A stretch of 54,011 nt of DNA from a virus (Duplodnaviria; Caudoviricetes). The DNA is taken from IMG/VR virus record IMGVR_UViG_3300024264_002174, positions 1-54,011 of that record. One strand, 5' to 3'. Under the pieces are notes generated by a model. That model made no database searches. It was not told the DNA's origin and was given only the letters and a program-made list of their open reading frames with translations. Position 1 is the first letter of the stretch, and each line of letters begins with the position of its first letter. Position numbers and translations under genes: made by a program. Positions 9,182 through 19,374 of the stretch are shown piece by piece.

Positions 9182-9868
9182 CTATTTCTTAATGTATTCT
9201 AATTTTTGGTGAAAATTACTAGTATGATTGTTACCCACCATAGGACCTAGTATAGGATGTATATGATAAGGACCGCTGTAAGGAGTGTTGGTACCGGCAT
9301 ATAAAAATATTCCAGGTTCAGCAGCTAAATTCTCTTGTATTATTCTACTCGATAATTTATTAAGGTTAGTAAACTGTTCAGTATTATTCTTTACTGTAAG
9401 GCTTAAACCAGGCATTTGTTTTTCTAGTTCCTTTAAAGTATTTTCATTTTTTACTTTAGAGTTTAAATTTGAATATCCTTTTATAGTATCCTGTTCCTCT
9501 TTTAATTCCCAATCCAGTTTAATAGTATTAACGTAAAGTTTATCTTTTTTATTTTCAGCTAAGTAACTATCTTTGGTTAATTCTATAATTTTACCGTTTC
9601 TATTATCCTTAGCAAAATATCTTTTCATCTTACCTTTTTCTATTTCCTTGTCAGTAGGATATATAGCTTGATTGATAAACTTAGCTTCTGGTTTTGCTGG
9701 AACATTGTATATTAAAGGAATAGAGTTCCTTGTAATTTTACTTCCTTTAAAGTAATTACCTTTATAGTCTCTTACATACGCACCGGTGTACCTTAATCCA
9801 GTATCTGGATCAGTTAACGTTCCTTCTATTTCTCCTCCGGCTTTTTGTTTAAATTTAGGTAAATACAT
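9182..9868 (-). CDS. Hypothetical protein, probably baseplate/virion associated
   Basis: Last ORF of the baseplate operon; Y.G.Y(H) motifs at both ends. Confidence 0.6.
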   Translation of the reverse strand: MYLPKFKQKAGGEIEGTLTDPDTGLRYTGAYVRDYKGNYFKGSKITRNSIPLIYNVPAKPEAKFINQAIYPTDKEIEKGKMKRYFAKDNRNGKIIELTKDSYLAENKKDKLYVNTIKLDWELKEEQDTIKGYSNLNSKVKNENTLKELEKQMPGLSLTVKNNTEQFTNLNKLSSRIIQENLAAEPGIFLYAGTNTPYSGPYHIHPILGPMVGNNHTSNFHQKLEYIKK

Positions 9869-9870
9869 TA

Positions 9871-12036
9871 TTATACGCTATAAAATTGAGTTTTTAAGGT
9901 TGTGTACCATTTGTTGTCCGATCCTATTTCATTTTCCAACCCTGTAATAATATAACCATACTCATCATACTTTTTTGGTAGTATACCTTTAGGGATTTTA
10001 AAAGATAATCCAACTTTAAATCCTGTGATACCAAGCATTTTGATAGTCAATTCTACAGGAATTACTCCTGGTATTATAACTTTTCCTTTTTTTTCTTTGA
10101 GATTCTCTCTGTATAGACGTTTTATATATGCGGTTGCAGGTACCTTCATAGCTTGCCAAGTATCTGATAAATAGTCGGCATCCCATTCATTAAAATCCTC
10201 ATACACTTCTGTAAGGTCCTCTATGAAAGATTCAAATCTTTTCTCTTGTTCACTAGTATCTGTTTCATCTTTCTTAGGAGATTTAACTGGCATATGTCTA
10301 TCAACTGCTCCCATATTCCATTTAAGGATAGTAGATACATTATCAGTATAATTACCTGAACTACCTTGAGCAGCTATAGAAATTTGTGCTGCTATTTGAG
10401 ATGAAATTTTACTCGATAAATTTATATCTACTATAGTACTAGATAAACCTGTTAATTGAAAAGTTGGTATATTTTTAGGATCAGGGTTTTTCCTATCTAC
10501 AATCACATGAGTAGCTCCATCTTCTAAAGTACTAATATCCAACTCATTTACATCTCCAAATGCTGTATTTATACCCTGTAGTATACCCCTAATAACATCT
10601 AAAACTCCTATACCATCTTGGTCAGCTGAGTCAATAACAGAATCTAACTGTGCTCTAACAAAATGGGTAGAGACCATAATATTACCTATTTTGTCAGCTC
10701 CTCCTTGGCTACTAGCAAAACTAGCCATTTTAGAATGTAAATCTTTTTTTTCTATAAAAAATTTAGAAGTTTCTCCAGAAGGTATTTCAGGTTTAACAGC
10801 TACTAAAGGATCAAGTGAAAAATGTTCAGGAAATGTTAAGTATGTATTTTCATTAAAAATTAAAAATTTCGAAAATTCACCTTTGGTTTTCGGATCTTTT
10901 AATGCTACAAAAGTATTAAAAATATCTAAAACAGTATAGAGAGGTATATACCTTAAATCTATAGCATCTTCATTTAACCAGTAAGCATATTTTCCATCTG
11001 CTATGTCAAGAGTAAACCCGAAAGCTTTAAAATCTCTTTCTAACAAATCACCTAAGCCTCTTGGTTGCCAAAAATTCCATGCTTCTCTTCCTTCTATTTC
11101 AGGGCCATTTTTCTTTTCAAGAGCAGTAAAACCTGAATGCCAAATTGATTTTCTTTCTTTTTTAGTTTCTTCTATTTCTTCTTCTGTTTGTTCTATATGG
11201 TCTTCCTGGTTACCTGTCTTTATTGAATCTAAAACAGCTCCTCTAGATATAATACGGACTGAGCAATCATAACCTCCGTCAGATCTATAACTCCAGTTAA
11301 AGTTAGTAACAAAACCAAACATACCATCATAATTGAAACTAAGTTCTTTTCGTTTTGCTGCTATCAGCTCATCTATTTTTTTAGGTGTAGAACCATTGAA
11401 AAAAGGTTCGTCTTCAATTGTAAAATTAGTATTATCGGCAATATTACAAACACCTTTTCCGTCTATAAATACTGAATGTCCCCATTCAAGTAATGCGGTA
11501 TATCCGGGTCTGAAAAATAAAAGTTCTGCTCTTTCAAGATCATCTAATGTCCATACTACAAAGTCTACTTCAGCTTGTTGGAGAGTACCGTAGGTATTTT
11601 TCGATGCTACTTTAAAGTTGGTAATACCGGCCATAGGACGAAAACCTAATTTGTTAGCAGGTCCATGTTCACCTCTGTCCCAATTATATGCTTTAGTAGC
11701 ATTAAAATCAGTACCTAGTTCAACGCCTGATCTAATACCTGGGTTGCTCCCGCCTGCGAAAGCATTTTGAGTTCCTCCCATTAAAACAAACAGTTCGGCT
11801 TTTTCGGAGGTTCCAGGTGGAAGCCTCTTTAATCCTTCTTTATCCTGTACAACCTCATTAGCTTCAGCTTCTGAAATTTCATTTATACTAGATCTTAGTT
11901 TAACCCAAGCAGTATTTGAATTAATTAAACTATGTTCACGTGGTGTTTTAGGATTTTTGTGAAGTTTTTCTCTTTGCTCTATTACATCTACTACTTTTTG
12001 AGAAACTCCAGAACCAAATGTTTCATTGCTTTTCAT
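9871..12036 (-). CDS. Putative baseplate hub protein
   Basis: Follows the LysM-like gene in the tail operon. LLEWG, G.V.NF.WS...GGYDC and a C-terminal beta-rich region resemble hub proteins. Confidence 0.55.
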   Translation of the reverse strand: MKSNETFGSGVSQKVVDVIEQREKLHKNPKTPREHSLINSNTAWVKLRSSINEISEAEANEVVQDKEGLKRLPPGTSEKAELFVLMGGTQNAFAGGSNPGIRSGVELGTDFNATKAYNWDRGEHGPANKLGFRPMAGITNFKVASKNTYGTLQQAEVDFVVWTLDDLERAELLFFRPGYTALLEWGHSVFIDGKGVCNIADNTNFTIEDEPFFNGSTPKKIDELIAAKRKELSFNYDGMFGFVTNFNWSYRSDGGYDCSVRIISRGAVLDSIKTGNQEDHIEQTEEEIEETKKERKSIWHSGFTALEKKNGPEIEGREAWNFWQPRGLGDLLERDFKAFGFTLDIADGKYAYWLNEDAIDLRYIPLYTVLDIFNTFVALKDPKTKGEFSKFLIFNENTYLTFPEHFSLDPLVAVKPEIPSGETSKFFIEKKDLHSKMASFASSQGGADKIGNIMVSTHFVRAQLDSVIDSADQDGIGVLDVIRGILQGINTAFGDVNELDISTLEDGATHVIVDRKNPDPKNIPTFQLTGLSSTIVDINLSSKISSQIAAQISIAAQGSSGNYTDNVSTILKWNMGAVDRHMPVKSPKKDETDTSEQEKRFESFIEDLTEVYEDFNEWDADYLSDTWQAMKVPATAYIKRLYRENLKEKKGKVIIPGVIPVELTIKMLGITGFKVGLSFKIPKGILPKKYDEYGYIITGLENEIGSDNKWYTTLKTQFYSV

Positions 12037-12341
12037 TATCTGTTCTTGTTAAGGTTCTCAAAAAGGCCGATAGCATTTGCAGCACTTACTGGAATTCTTA
12101 ACTGTACTCCTTGTTCTACTATAAGACCATCTTTTTTAGAATTATTAGCTGATGCTATAACCCACCATAAACTAGAATCACCATAGAATTGTCTTGCAAG
12201 AGTATCATACCTATCACCACCAGTAGTAATTATATAAGTATCATCTTCACTTTCAGGTACAGAAGGGTATATAGTATTAGTTCTATATCTTCTACCGTCG
12301 GCAGATTTTAATTCCTCTATTTCTTTATATCTCCTAGCCAT
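12036..12341 (-). CDS. LysM-like baseplate protein (tail X / gp53-like)
   Basis: GDRYDTLARQFYGDSSLWWVIASAN...G.QLRIP signature. Confidence 0.85.
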   Translation of the reverse strand: MARRYKEIEELKSADGRRYRTNTIYPSVPESEDDTYIITTGGDRYDTLARQFYGDSSLWWVIASANNSKKDGLIVEQGVQLRIPVSAANAIGLFENLNKNR

Positions 12342-12346
12342 TTAGT

Positions 12347-14710
12347 TTATAATTCTGAATCTACTCCGTCTACTCTGGTTATAATAGCTTGATTTCCATC
12401 AGCTTTATATGCAAATCCTCCATTGACATAGTTAGTAGGCTGTCCATTTACAGCAACAACTTTGTTTGTATTTTTATCTATAGTGTATGTACCTCCTGAT
12501 GAATAAAATTCATATGTCTCACCTGATGGTTTAGGTTGAGGTTCAGGTTGTTCTGGTTCTGGGAATGTTTTTCTACCTATGTAAACTTCTTCTTCCAAAT
12601 CTATATTTGTTTTTGCTTCGAAATCATGTATCGGTGTAAATGATACACTTACGTTTAATATATGAGGTAATTTTTGAGTTCCCAACCCTTCTTCATCAGT
12701 TTCCCAAGAATAATTTTTATCCCAACTTAACCCTACAGAAGATATAAACCCTGTAGTCTTGTCAAGGTAATCTCCTACCTTTAATTGAACTAAGGTACCT
12801 CTCATAAAAAACCCACCTTCGTTATATGTAGGTGCAGTACTACCGGCTAGTCTATTTAATTTTTTATATAGAGGAATCAACTCGTTTCTAGAGAATGCTG
12901 CAAGTTTAAAACTTAAAGATATTTCTCTTTTAAAACCTTGATAGGTATAAAATTCTTCAGCTCTACCAATGTACTGGGTACCAGACCAATTACCTGTAAA
13001 GTCATCTGAGAAGCTATCTAATAATGCTCTAAATTGTATAAATTTATTTTCAGGCAATTCATTTCCAGCTTGAGCTCCTAATATGTTAAAATAGAAAGGA
13101 ATTAAATCTTTTTTAAGAGTAGATTCGTCATCTTGTTCTGCAAGTGCATTTATTAAGTCAGGACCGCTATTTGTTCTACTTCCTTGGTCCCCCATTGAAT
13201 ACTTAGTCTGTATATATAATGGAGATTGATTATAAGTTTTACCGTCTCTAAGTTGGTACTTTAAAAATTCATTTTGAGTAAGTACAGAGAATTTAGTTTT
13301 CAATTTTCCTTCTCCGCCTTCTACTTGGAATTCTGTTAGTTTTTGATCTTGAGTTGCCAGGTTATCAAAAAATATTTTACTTTTTAGATTGCTATCTGGG
13401 TTATCTTCTTTAGCTCTTTGAACATTTTTTACAATAGATCTACCAAGTAAAGGATCACCATTACCGCTTTTTCTTAAATAAGTATCGTCTGGGTTAGATC
13501 CTTCAGTGCCTAAGTCTAATTCAGTACCTTCTAGCTTTTCAGTAGACTTATCCTCTACTTCTATAGGTTCGTCTTGATTTGTATTACCTTCCCCAGGTTT
13601 TAGGAATGTAGTTTCTGGTTCAGATTGATCAGTCCCTAAGTCTAATTCAGTACCTTCTAGTTTTTCTGTTGATTTATCTTCAACAGCTATTGGTTCGCCT
13701 TGGCTTGTATTACCTTCTCCAGGTTTAAGTAGCTTAGTTGAAGGTACTTCTCCTTCTGTACCTAAGTCTAATTCACTTCCTTCTAATTTTTCAGTAGATG
13801 TATCTTCTACGTCTATTGGTAGACCCTGATTAGTGTTTCCTTCTCCAGGTTTTAAAAATTTAGATTCTGGGGTAGACTCTGAATCTCCTAATGATAGAGT
13901 AGTTCCTTCTAATTTTTCTTTTGTAGTATCTTCTACATCTATAGGTTCCCCTTGACTAGTATTACCTTGTCCTTTTTTAAGAAAAGAAGGAACTTTTGGT
14001 ATTCCTCCTGGAATAGCTGATTCAGCAACTGATTTTAAATTATCTTTTAGAGACTTAGCATCAGGTATAGATAAGTCTTTATTACCTAAGAATGTAGAAC
14101 CTCTATCTTCTCCAGCTAAGGAAGATACATCCCAAGGACTATCAGGTTGTATAGTATTTGCATTTAAAGGACCAGATGTTGGACCTATCGGATCACCGTT
14201 TAGTGCAGACTTTGCACCATTAACTCCTCCTCCTACGCCCATTTCAGCTAAAAACCTACCTATTCCTGTTTCTCTAGGAGCGCCTGACTGTAAGTATCCT
14301 GAAGGTGTTAACCCTCTTATAAAATGTGTACCTGTTCCGTTTACTGGTATTTGTGCTAGAATTGATGCTGTGGATGATACGTTATTAACAGCAGTCTTTA
14401 AAGCTTTTTCACCTACTGCTTTTAGAAGTCCTTTAAAATTAAATCCTCCTCCAGGTTTTTTTGCTGCACTACTAAGTTCTTTTAAAGTATCTCCTTGTTG
14501 GAGTAGAGCTTGATTACCTTGAAATTTTAATCCTTGTTTACTAGTAAGAAGTTTAGCAAATCTTTCTACATCAGTTGATCTAGAATTAATTTGATTATAC
14601 TGAAATCCTTCTTTTTTGTCAATAAAAGAGTCATTAGTGTTAGAATCACTATTTTTCAATGAACGGTATTTGTCCATTGAGCCTAAATTATACTCTCTTA
14701 ATATACCCAT
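12347..14710 (-). CDS. Baseplate / tail-tube initiator-like protein with internal acidic repeats
   Basis: C-terminal tube-initiator-like domain (W...YIGRAE..Y.YQGF.R.ISLSF); follows the tape measure gene. Confidence 0.6.
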   Translation of the reverse strand: MGILREYNLGSMDKYRSLKNSDSNTNDSFIDKKEGFQYNQINSRSTDVERFAKLLTSKQGLKFQGNQALLQQGDTLKELSSAAKKPGGGFNFKGLLKAVGEKALKTAVNNVSSTASILAQIPVNGTGTHFIRGLTPSGYLQSGAPRETGIGRFLAEMGVGGGVNGAKSALNGDPIGPTSGPLNANTIQPDSPWDVSSLAGEDRGSTFLGNKDLSIPDAKSLKDNLKSVAESAIPGGIPKVPSFLKKGQGNTSQGEPIDVEDTTKEKLEGTTLSLGDSESTPESKFLKPGEGNTNQGLPIDVEDTSTEKLEGSELDLGTEGEVPSTKLLKPGEGNTSQGEPIAVEDKSTEKLEGTELDLGTDQSEPETTFLKPGEGNTNQDEPIEVEDKSTEKLEGTELDLGTEGSNPDDTYLRKSGNGDPLLGRSIVKNVQRAKEDNPDSNLKSKIFFDNLATQDQKLTEFQVEGGEGKLKTKFSVLTQNEFLKYQLRDGKTYNQSPLYIQTKYSMGDQGSRTNSGPDLINALAEQDDESTLKKDLIPFYFNILGAQAGNELPENKFIQFRALLDSFSDDFTGNWSGTQYIGRAEEFYTYQGFKREISLSFKLAAFSRNELIPLYKKLNRLAGSTAPTYNEGGFFMRGTLVQLKVGDYLDKTTGFISSVGLSWDKNYSWETDEEGLGTQKLPHILNVSVSFTPIHDFEAKTNIDLEEEVYIGRKTFPEPEQPEPQPKPSGETYEFYSSGGTYTIDKNTNKVVAVNGQPTNYVNGGFAYKADGNQAIITRVDGVDSEL
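13495..13986 (-). repeat. Four imperfect tandem 126-bp (42-aa) coding repeats
   Basis: Unit FLKPGEGNTNQG.PI.VED.STEKLEG.ELDLGT...P; equivalent positions at 13583, 13709, 13835 and 13961. Confidence 0.9.
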
Positions 14711-14715
14711 TTATT

Positions 14716-14934
14716 TTAGAAAGATGCTCCCTCGGGTGCGTTTTCTCTATAAGTTCCTGAAGCAGGTTTTTTACCGTCTAAGTCTAAACTAGATGGCTTT
14801 GCTTCAATATCTGGAGTGTCATTAATAGAAGATGCGAAATGTAGAGTTGAAGTTGGTAGTGCTGCACCTCTTTGATCCGGAGTTTCTCCTTTAAGTCCGT
14901 GTATTGAACTAATTTGTTTTTTTAAAATTCCCAT
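14716..14934 (-). CDS. Small hypothetical virion-module protein
   Basis: 72-aa ORF with the TATTTATA motif upstream; begins MGIL like the next gene. Confidence 0.7.
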   Translation of the reverse strand: MGILKKQISSIHGLKGETPDQRGAALPTSTLHFASSINDTPDIEAKPSSLDLDGKKPASGTYRENAPEGASF

Positions 14935-14956
14935 AATATTAAATTTATTGTTTGTA

Positions 14957-14964
14957 TATAAATA
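14957..14964 (-). promoter_or_regulatory. Recurrent upstream motif TATTTATA (putative late promoter); representative copy
   Basis: Exact copies also at 7791, 18372, 19402, 19994, 21852, 38734, 39370, 46751, 49588, 52459 and 53202, all intergenic and upstream of minus-strand genes. Confidence 0.7.
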
Positions 14965-14973
14965 TCTAGTATT

Positions 14974-17900
14974 TTACCCTTGTCTAGGATTTTCTTGAGT
15001 CATTTGCATAGACATTTGATTACCGTTCATATATACTTTAGTAACTCTGTCTTGTTCTACTGCTGAGATTAATCTATCTACTCTAGCTAACAGTTCTTGG
15101 TTTTCTCCTTCTCCACTGTCCCCTGCTAGACTGGTTATCATTTCGCCTATAGCTCCTACTCCGCTTGCTGCTACTCCTGCTACTGCTGCTTTTACTGTAA
15201 AGTCTTGTAAATTATCTAATTTATCAATTTCTAATGTCTTTAAAGCTTCTGATAATTTTGCAACTCCAGCAGCCATTTTTTCCATACCGTTTCCTGCATT
15301 AAGTAATCCTGGTCCCATTAAAGCAATTGCACCTAACATTCCTATAGCAGGTAGTGCAGTAAATATAGATGCTGATAATACAGTTAAACCGCCTGCAAGT
15401 GATATAAAAGATAATCCCATTACTCCCATTGCAATTGCTTTTTCCAAAGTAATCTTATCTAACATCATTGATATTGCTCCACCTACAGCAGTTACTATAT
15501 TTGCAATTCCATCAAATGCAGCCTTGATTGCTAAACCAAATGCATAGATTGCTGGGGATGCCATTAATAGTGCTGCTCCAATAGCTAATATAATAGGTAT
15601 GGCAGGTGTTGCTGCTGCACCAAATGCTCCTAACCCTGCACCAAATGCTGCTAATCCTCCTCCTGCACTGGCTGCAGCAGGGCCTGTAGCGGCAGCTGTT
15701 GCATTAAAAATTCCGGTAGTTTTTATACCGAGTAATTTAATAGCTATATCAGCTCCAATCGCTGTTTTTTGAGCAGCCCATGCTGCAAGCTTAACTGCTT
15801 GTTGACCAAGCCAGGTATCACCTAGTAATAATTGTAATTTAGTAAGGGCTAGCCCAGCTTTTTTTACTACATTATTATAAGTATTAACTACAGAATCTTT
15901 TACAGTCATAGCAATATCAGCTGCTTTAGATGTTTTAAGTGCATTATAAGCTGCTACTGAGGCACCGATTACAAAATTACCTGCTGCTCTAACTTTATTA
16001 AGTGCAATATTAACAGGTATTAATATACCTCTTATTATTACCGCTCCTGCTGACATAGCTGCATTGAGCGCGTAATTTACAGGAATCATTATACCTTTAA
16101 TTAAATTGCCTCCTAGTTTCATTACATTATTAAGAGTAGCTTGTGCAGCTGTATGAGCTTTAAGAGCTGCAGTCTGAAGAAAAGTTAAATTCTTCATATC
16201 TCTTACAGCTTTCATTCTTTGGTCTAACATACCTGTACTTGCTGCTATTTTAGTTTCAGCAGTATATGCTTTTTGAATAGCAAGAAGTTGTTTCATAGAC
16301 TTACCCCCCATGAGAGAAATCATATTAAATTTACCCATAGCTGCTGCTGCGGCAAGTAATCCTATAGTTACTTTACCTATACCTAGTGGTAGAGCCATAA
16401 CAAAACCAACAGCGCTAGAGACCGCAGTAATAAAAGGTGTAACAGCCGTAGCAAGAGATCCTACAACATCTAATAAAGGAGCAAAGGCTTGAGTTAGTTT
16501 AGCTAAAGCTGTTGACATTTGTTCTTGAGCTGCCATTCTTTGATAATCAGCTCTTTCTAGATTAGTAGCAGCTTTTAACTGTTCCTCAGACATATTAGTA
16601 TCTAGACCTCTTTGATAAGCCATTTTAGCAAGCTGTTCTGTAGATACACCCATAGATTTTGCTAGAGCCTGTTGTTGTATACGGTTCAATTTACCATATT
16701 CAGCTACTTCTACTGAGTTTTTAAATATTTCATTACTTAAACCTGCTAAATCATTTGATAATGCAAACTCTCTAGCTTTAGCCATATTAATTTGCTTACC
16801 TGTAAGTAACTGAGCTTCTAATTCTGCTTCAATAGAAGATTCAAAGTCCATTAATGAATCTGCGATATTATTTACATCGTCTAGATTCATTCCTAATCTT
16901 TTTGCGGCAGTAGCAGCTTCAGCTATCCCATCAGGAAAGGCTAAAAACGATGCTTTAATATCAAAAGAAGCATCTCCTATATCTTTTAATACTGCATTAC
17001 CACTTATAGCGGTTTTATTAACTTTATTAAAAGCGTCTACCTGTTCAAATACGTTATCTGCTGTATCACCAACTGATCTTCCTGCTTCTTGAGCTATAAT
17101 TGCAAGTTCACCTGCTTGATCGGCAGATAATCCTAATAAGTTTTGAAGTTCAGCTGCCTCTCCTATTTGCTTAGAGGTAAATATAGTATCTACGTTTCTT
17201 CCTGTTTTATCAGCAAGATCACTCATAAGCTCCATCTGCTGTACACTAGTAGCTAAGGAATCATTTTGAGCTACAAACTCTGAGGTATTTACTCCTATTT
17301 TTTGCTGTAAGTCAGATGCTGCTTGATCTACGCTTAAAAATGCGTCTAGTATTGCAAGAGTAATAGTCAAAGGATCAAATAAAGCTTGTCTAAATCCTTC
17401 AGATAATTTTATAGCACCTTCTATAGCAATTTGAGTTTTAGTAAAGTTTTGCTCAGTTACTTTTACCTTTTTACCATATTCATTTGTAATTTCAACTAAA
17501 CGAGTAGACTTTTCAGCCATATCGTCCATAGTAGATTTAGCGGATTTCATAGCATCATCGAAGATACCAGATCTCATACCAAGACGTTGCATTATACCGC
17601 CTACACCTTCTACTATAGCACCTGTAACACCAAGTTTTTCGTTAATTCTTGCTTGAATTCCTTCTTCCTCTTGTAGTGCTGCTATCTTATCATCTTGAAC
17701 CCTAAGCATAGTTTTTACTGTACCTAGTCTGTCTATTTCTGCATCAGTAAGTGAACCGAGTAATGAGTTTTCCTTTTTTAATCTGGCTATTCTTCCCTCT
17801 ATCTTTGCAGACGAAGTATTTAAACCTTTTAAACGTTCATTTGCTTTTTTTAGAATCTTTTGAGCTTGTTCATTTTCTGAATCGCTATAATCAGCTATTT

Positions 17901-18357
17901 CTTTTTCAGTATCTAGAATTTGATCCTGAGTCTTTTTTTGTTCTAATAGTTGTATACTTAGATTTTCGGCAGCTTTTAATACTTTATCACTTCCTTTAGT
18001 AATCGAATTACTAGTCAGAGAAGCGATTTCAGTAAGTAGAGCAGATCTAGTTCTAGTCTGATTTATTATCTCTCTTTCTATCTTATTTGTGTTACCTAAT
18101 TCAACTGCGTTTTGTTGAACATTCCTAACAACTTCGTTACCTAAGTTTCTTATGGATTTATCTTGGTCAGATAGTTTCTGCTTTACACCTAATTGATCTC
18201 TAAGTTCAGCATTTAACTGTCTGGTAAAGTCTAGGTTTCTAGCATTATCTGCTGCTGCTTTATCAGAATATTGGTTACCTTTTGACTGAAGATTGTTGGT
18301 TTCTTTCTTCGCCTTATTAAGATCCTGTTGATTTTTAAGTTCGTCGTTTGTAGCCAC
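14974..18357 (-). CDS. Tail tape measure protein
   Basis: 1127 aa, long helical Ala/Leu/Gly-rich sequence with a hydrophobic C-terminal half; follows tube and chaperone genes. Confidence 0.85.
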   Translation of the reverse strand: MATNDELKNQQDLNKAKKETNNLQSKGNQYSDKAAADNARNLDFTRQLNAELRDQLGVKQKLSDQDKSIRNLGNEVVRNVQQNAVELGNTNKIEREIINQTRTRSALLTEIASLTSNSITKGSDKVLKAAENLSIQLLEQKKTQDQILDTEKEIADYSDSENEQAQKILKKANERLKGLNTSSAKIEGRIARLKKENSLLGSLTDAEIDRLGTVKTMLRVQDDKIAALQEEEGIQARINEKLGVTGAIVEGVGGIMQRLGMRSGIFDDAMKSAKSTMDDMAEKSTRLVEITNEYGKKVKVTEQNFTKTQIAIEGAIKLSEGFRQALFDPLTITLAILDAFLSVDQAASDLQQKIGVNTSEFVAQNDSLATSVQQMELMSDLADKTGRNVDTIFTSKQIGEAAELQNLLGLSADQAGELAIIAQEAGRSVGDTADNVFEQVDAFNKVNKTAISGNAVLKDIGDASFDIKASFLAFPDGIAEAATAAKRLGMNLDDVNNIADSLMDFESSIEAELEAQLLTGKQINMAKAREFALSNDLAGLSNEIFKNSVEVAEYGKLNRIQQQALAKSMGVSTEQLAKMAYQRGLDTNMSEEQLKAATNLERADYQRMAAQEQMSTALAKLTQAFAPLLDVVGSLATAVTPFITAVSSAVGFVMALPLGIGKVTIGLLAAAAAMGKFNMISLMGGKSMKQLLAIQKAYTAETKIAASTGMLDQRMKAVRDMKNLTFLQTAALKAHTAAQATLNNVMKLGGNLIKGIMIPVNYALNAAMSAGAVIIRGILIPVNIALNKVRAAGNFVIGASVAAYNALKTSKAADIAMTVKDSVVNTYNNVVKKAGLALTKLQLLLGDTWLGQQAVKLAAWAAQKTAIGADIAIKLLGIKTTGIFNATAAATGPAAASAGGGLAAFGAGLGAFGAAATPAIPIILAIGAALLMASPAIYAFGLAIKAAFDGIANIVTAVGGAISMMLDKITLEKAIAMGVMGLSFISLAGGLTVLSASIFTALPAIGMLGAIALMGPGLLNAGNGMEKMAAGVAKLSEALKTLEIDKLDNLQDFTVKAAVAGVAASGVGAIGEMITSLAGDSGEGENQELLARVDRLISAVEQDRVTKVYMNGNQMSMQMTQENPRQG

Positions 18358-18381
18358 TTAGAATAGTTTATTATAAATAGG

Positions 18382-18405
18382 AAAGGCCCTTACTTCTGGG
18401 CCTTT
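18382..18405 (-). terminator. Hairpin AAAGGCCC/GGGCCTTT at the end of the frameshift-extension ORF
   Basis: 8-bp stem with the TAA stop (18390-18392) in the loop; weak U tract. Confidence 0.5.
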
Positions 18406-18653
18406 GCTGTATAGTCTGCACTTCTTATTGCAGGTCCTTTCGGAGCACTACCTTTTAAAGTAGATTTACCTGAAGCTTTTTTAGCTGCTTCTGCTTCTTT
18501 TTCGTAGAAATCGTTTATTTTTCTAAAAGTAAACTGCCTTAACCATACTGGCATGTTATAAATAGTATGGAAATCATAGCCTCCTTTACCGTGAAAGACT
18601 ATTTCATGTATTTGAGAAAATAAATTTACTTTATATTGCGAAGTCAGGCCAAA
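18390..18653 (-). CDS. Tail assembly chaperone extension (lambda gpT-like), probably reached by frameshift; not in the ORF track
   Basis: The +1 frame reads FGLTSQYKVNLFSQIHEIVFHGKGGYDFHTIYNMPVWLRQFTF...AQK*. There is no ATG/GTG/TTG between the upstream in-frame TAG and this region. Confidence 0.75.
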   Translation of the reverse strand, partial: FGLTSQYKVNLFSQIHEIVFHGKGGYDFHTIYNMPVWLRQFTFRKINDFYEKEAEAAKKASGKSTLKGSAPKGPAIRSADYTAKAQK

Positions 18654-19374
18654 GAAAGGTAACTCCCAACGGGATGTCTACCCCCTCCTCTGGGCCATCT
18701 TCTGGATAGAATTTTAAATCCACATCTGGCTGTATACCGGATAAGTGTTTTCTAAATGCTCTTGAATCTCTAGCTAAGAATTGATCATCTACGAAATCTC
18801 TTATGAATTTAGTATCACCATTACCGTCTACGGCAATAATCATATGTTTTAATCTAGTAGAAAGCTCAGGTGAAGCATCTTTAGTAATTTTTTTTACTCC
18901 TTTTACTTCCTGTTCTACTTTAAGTTCATCCCCGTGAGAGAGAAGCTTATACGTTAGTTCGTTCTTTGTTGTAGGAAGAGTATATTTAAACTCATTTTTA
19001 CCTTTAGATACAAGTTTTTCATCAAAAGGCTTATTTTCTATTTGGGTTAAATCTACTTTGATCTTTTCGCCTTGATATGTGAATTCATAATCAGCTCCGT
19101 AACCTAGAATTCTTGCTGCTACTAAAATAGCATTTTTATCTCCTACTAATAATTCATTATAATTAATTTTTTTGTCAACTATTAATGATTTTAGTAGTTT
19201 ATCAATAACTATTCCTTTCTGAATATAGTTTTGATTAGTTAGAATATCTTCTTCTTTTGCTGTCATATACTTCATCTCTATAGTTCCAGAGGAGAGTATT
19301 GAATCTTCAGGGTAAAGAAGCCCTTTCGATGGTAAATCAACGATTTCTGTAGGGAATTTTTGTTCTGTGCTCAT
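18631..19374 (-). CDS. Tail assembly chaperone / T4 gp26-like baseplate hub assembly protein
   Basis: LPSKG..YP, MTAKEEDIL and GD...IL.AARI..YG motifs; lies between tube and tape measure genes. Confidence 0.8.
   Translation of the reverse strand: MSTEQKFPTEIVDLPSKGLLYPEDSILSSGTIEMKYMTAKEEDILTNQNYIQKGIVIDKLLKSLIVDKKINYNELLVGDKNAILVAARILGYGADYEFTYQGEKIKVDLTQIENKPFDEKLVSKGKNEFKYTLPTTKNELTYKLLSHGDELKVEQEVKGVKKITKDASPELSTRLKHMIIAVDGNGDTKFIRDFVDDQFLARDSRAFRKHLSGIQPDVDLKFYPEDGPEEGVDIPLGVTFLWPDFAI

Noticed and set aside
13495-13986. CRISPR-like periodicity
   Set aside because: The units are degenerate coding repeats with no identical repeat / unique spacer structure.
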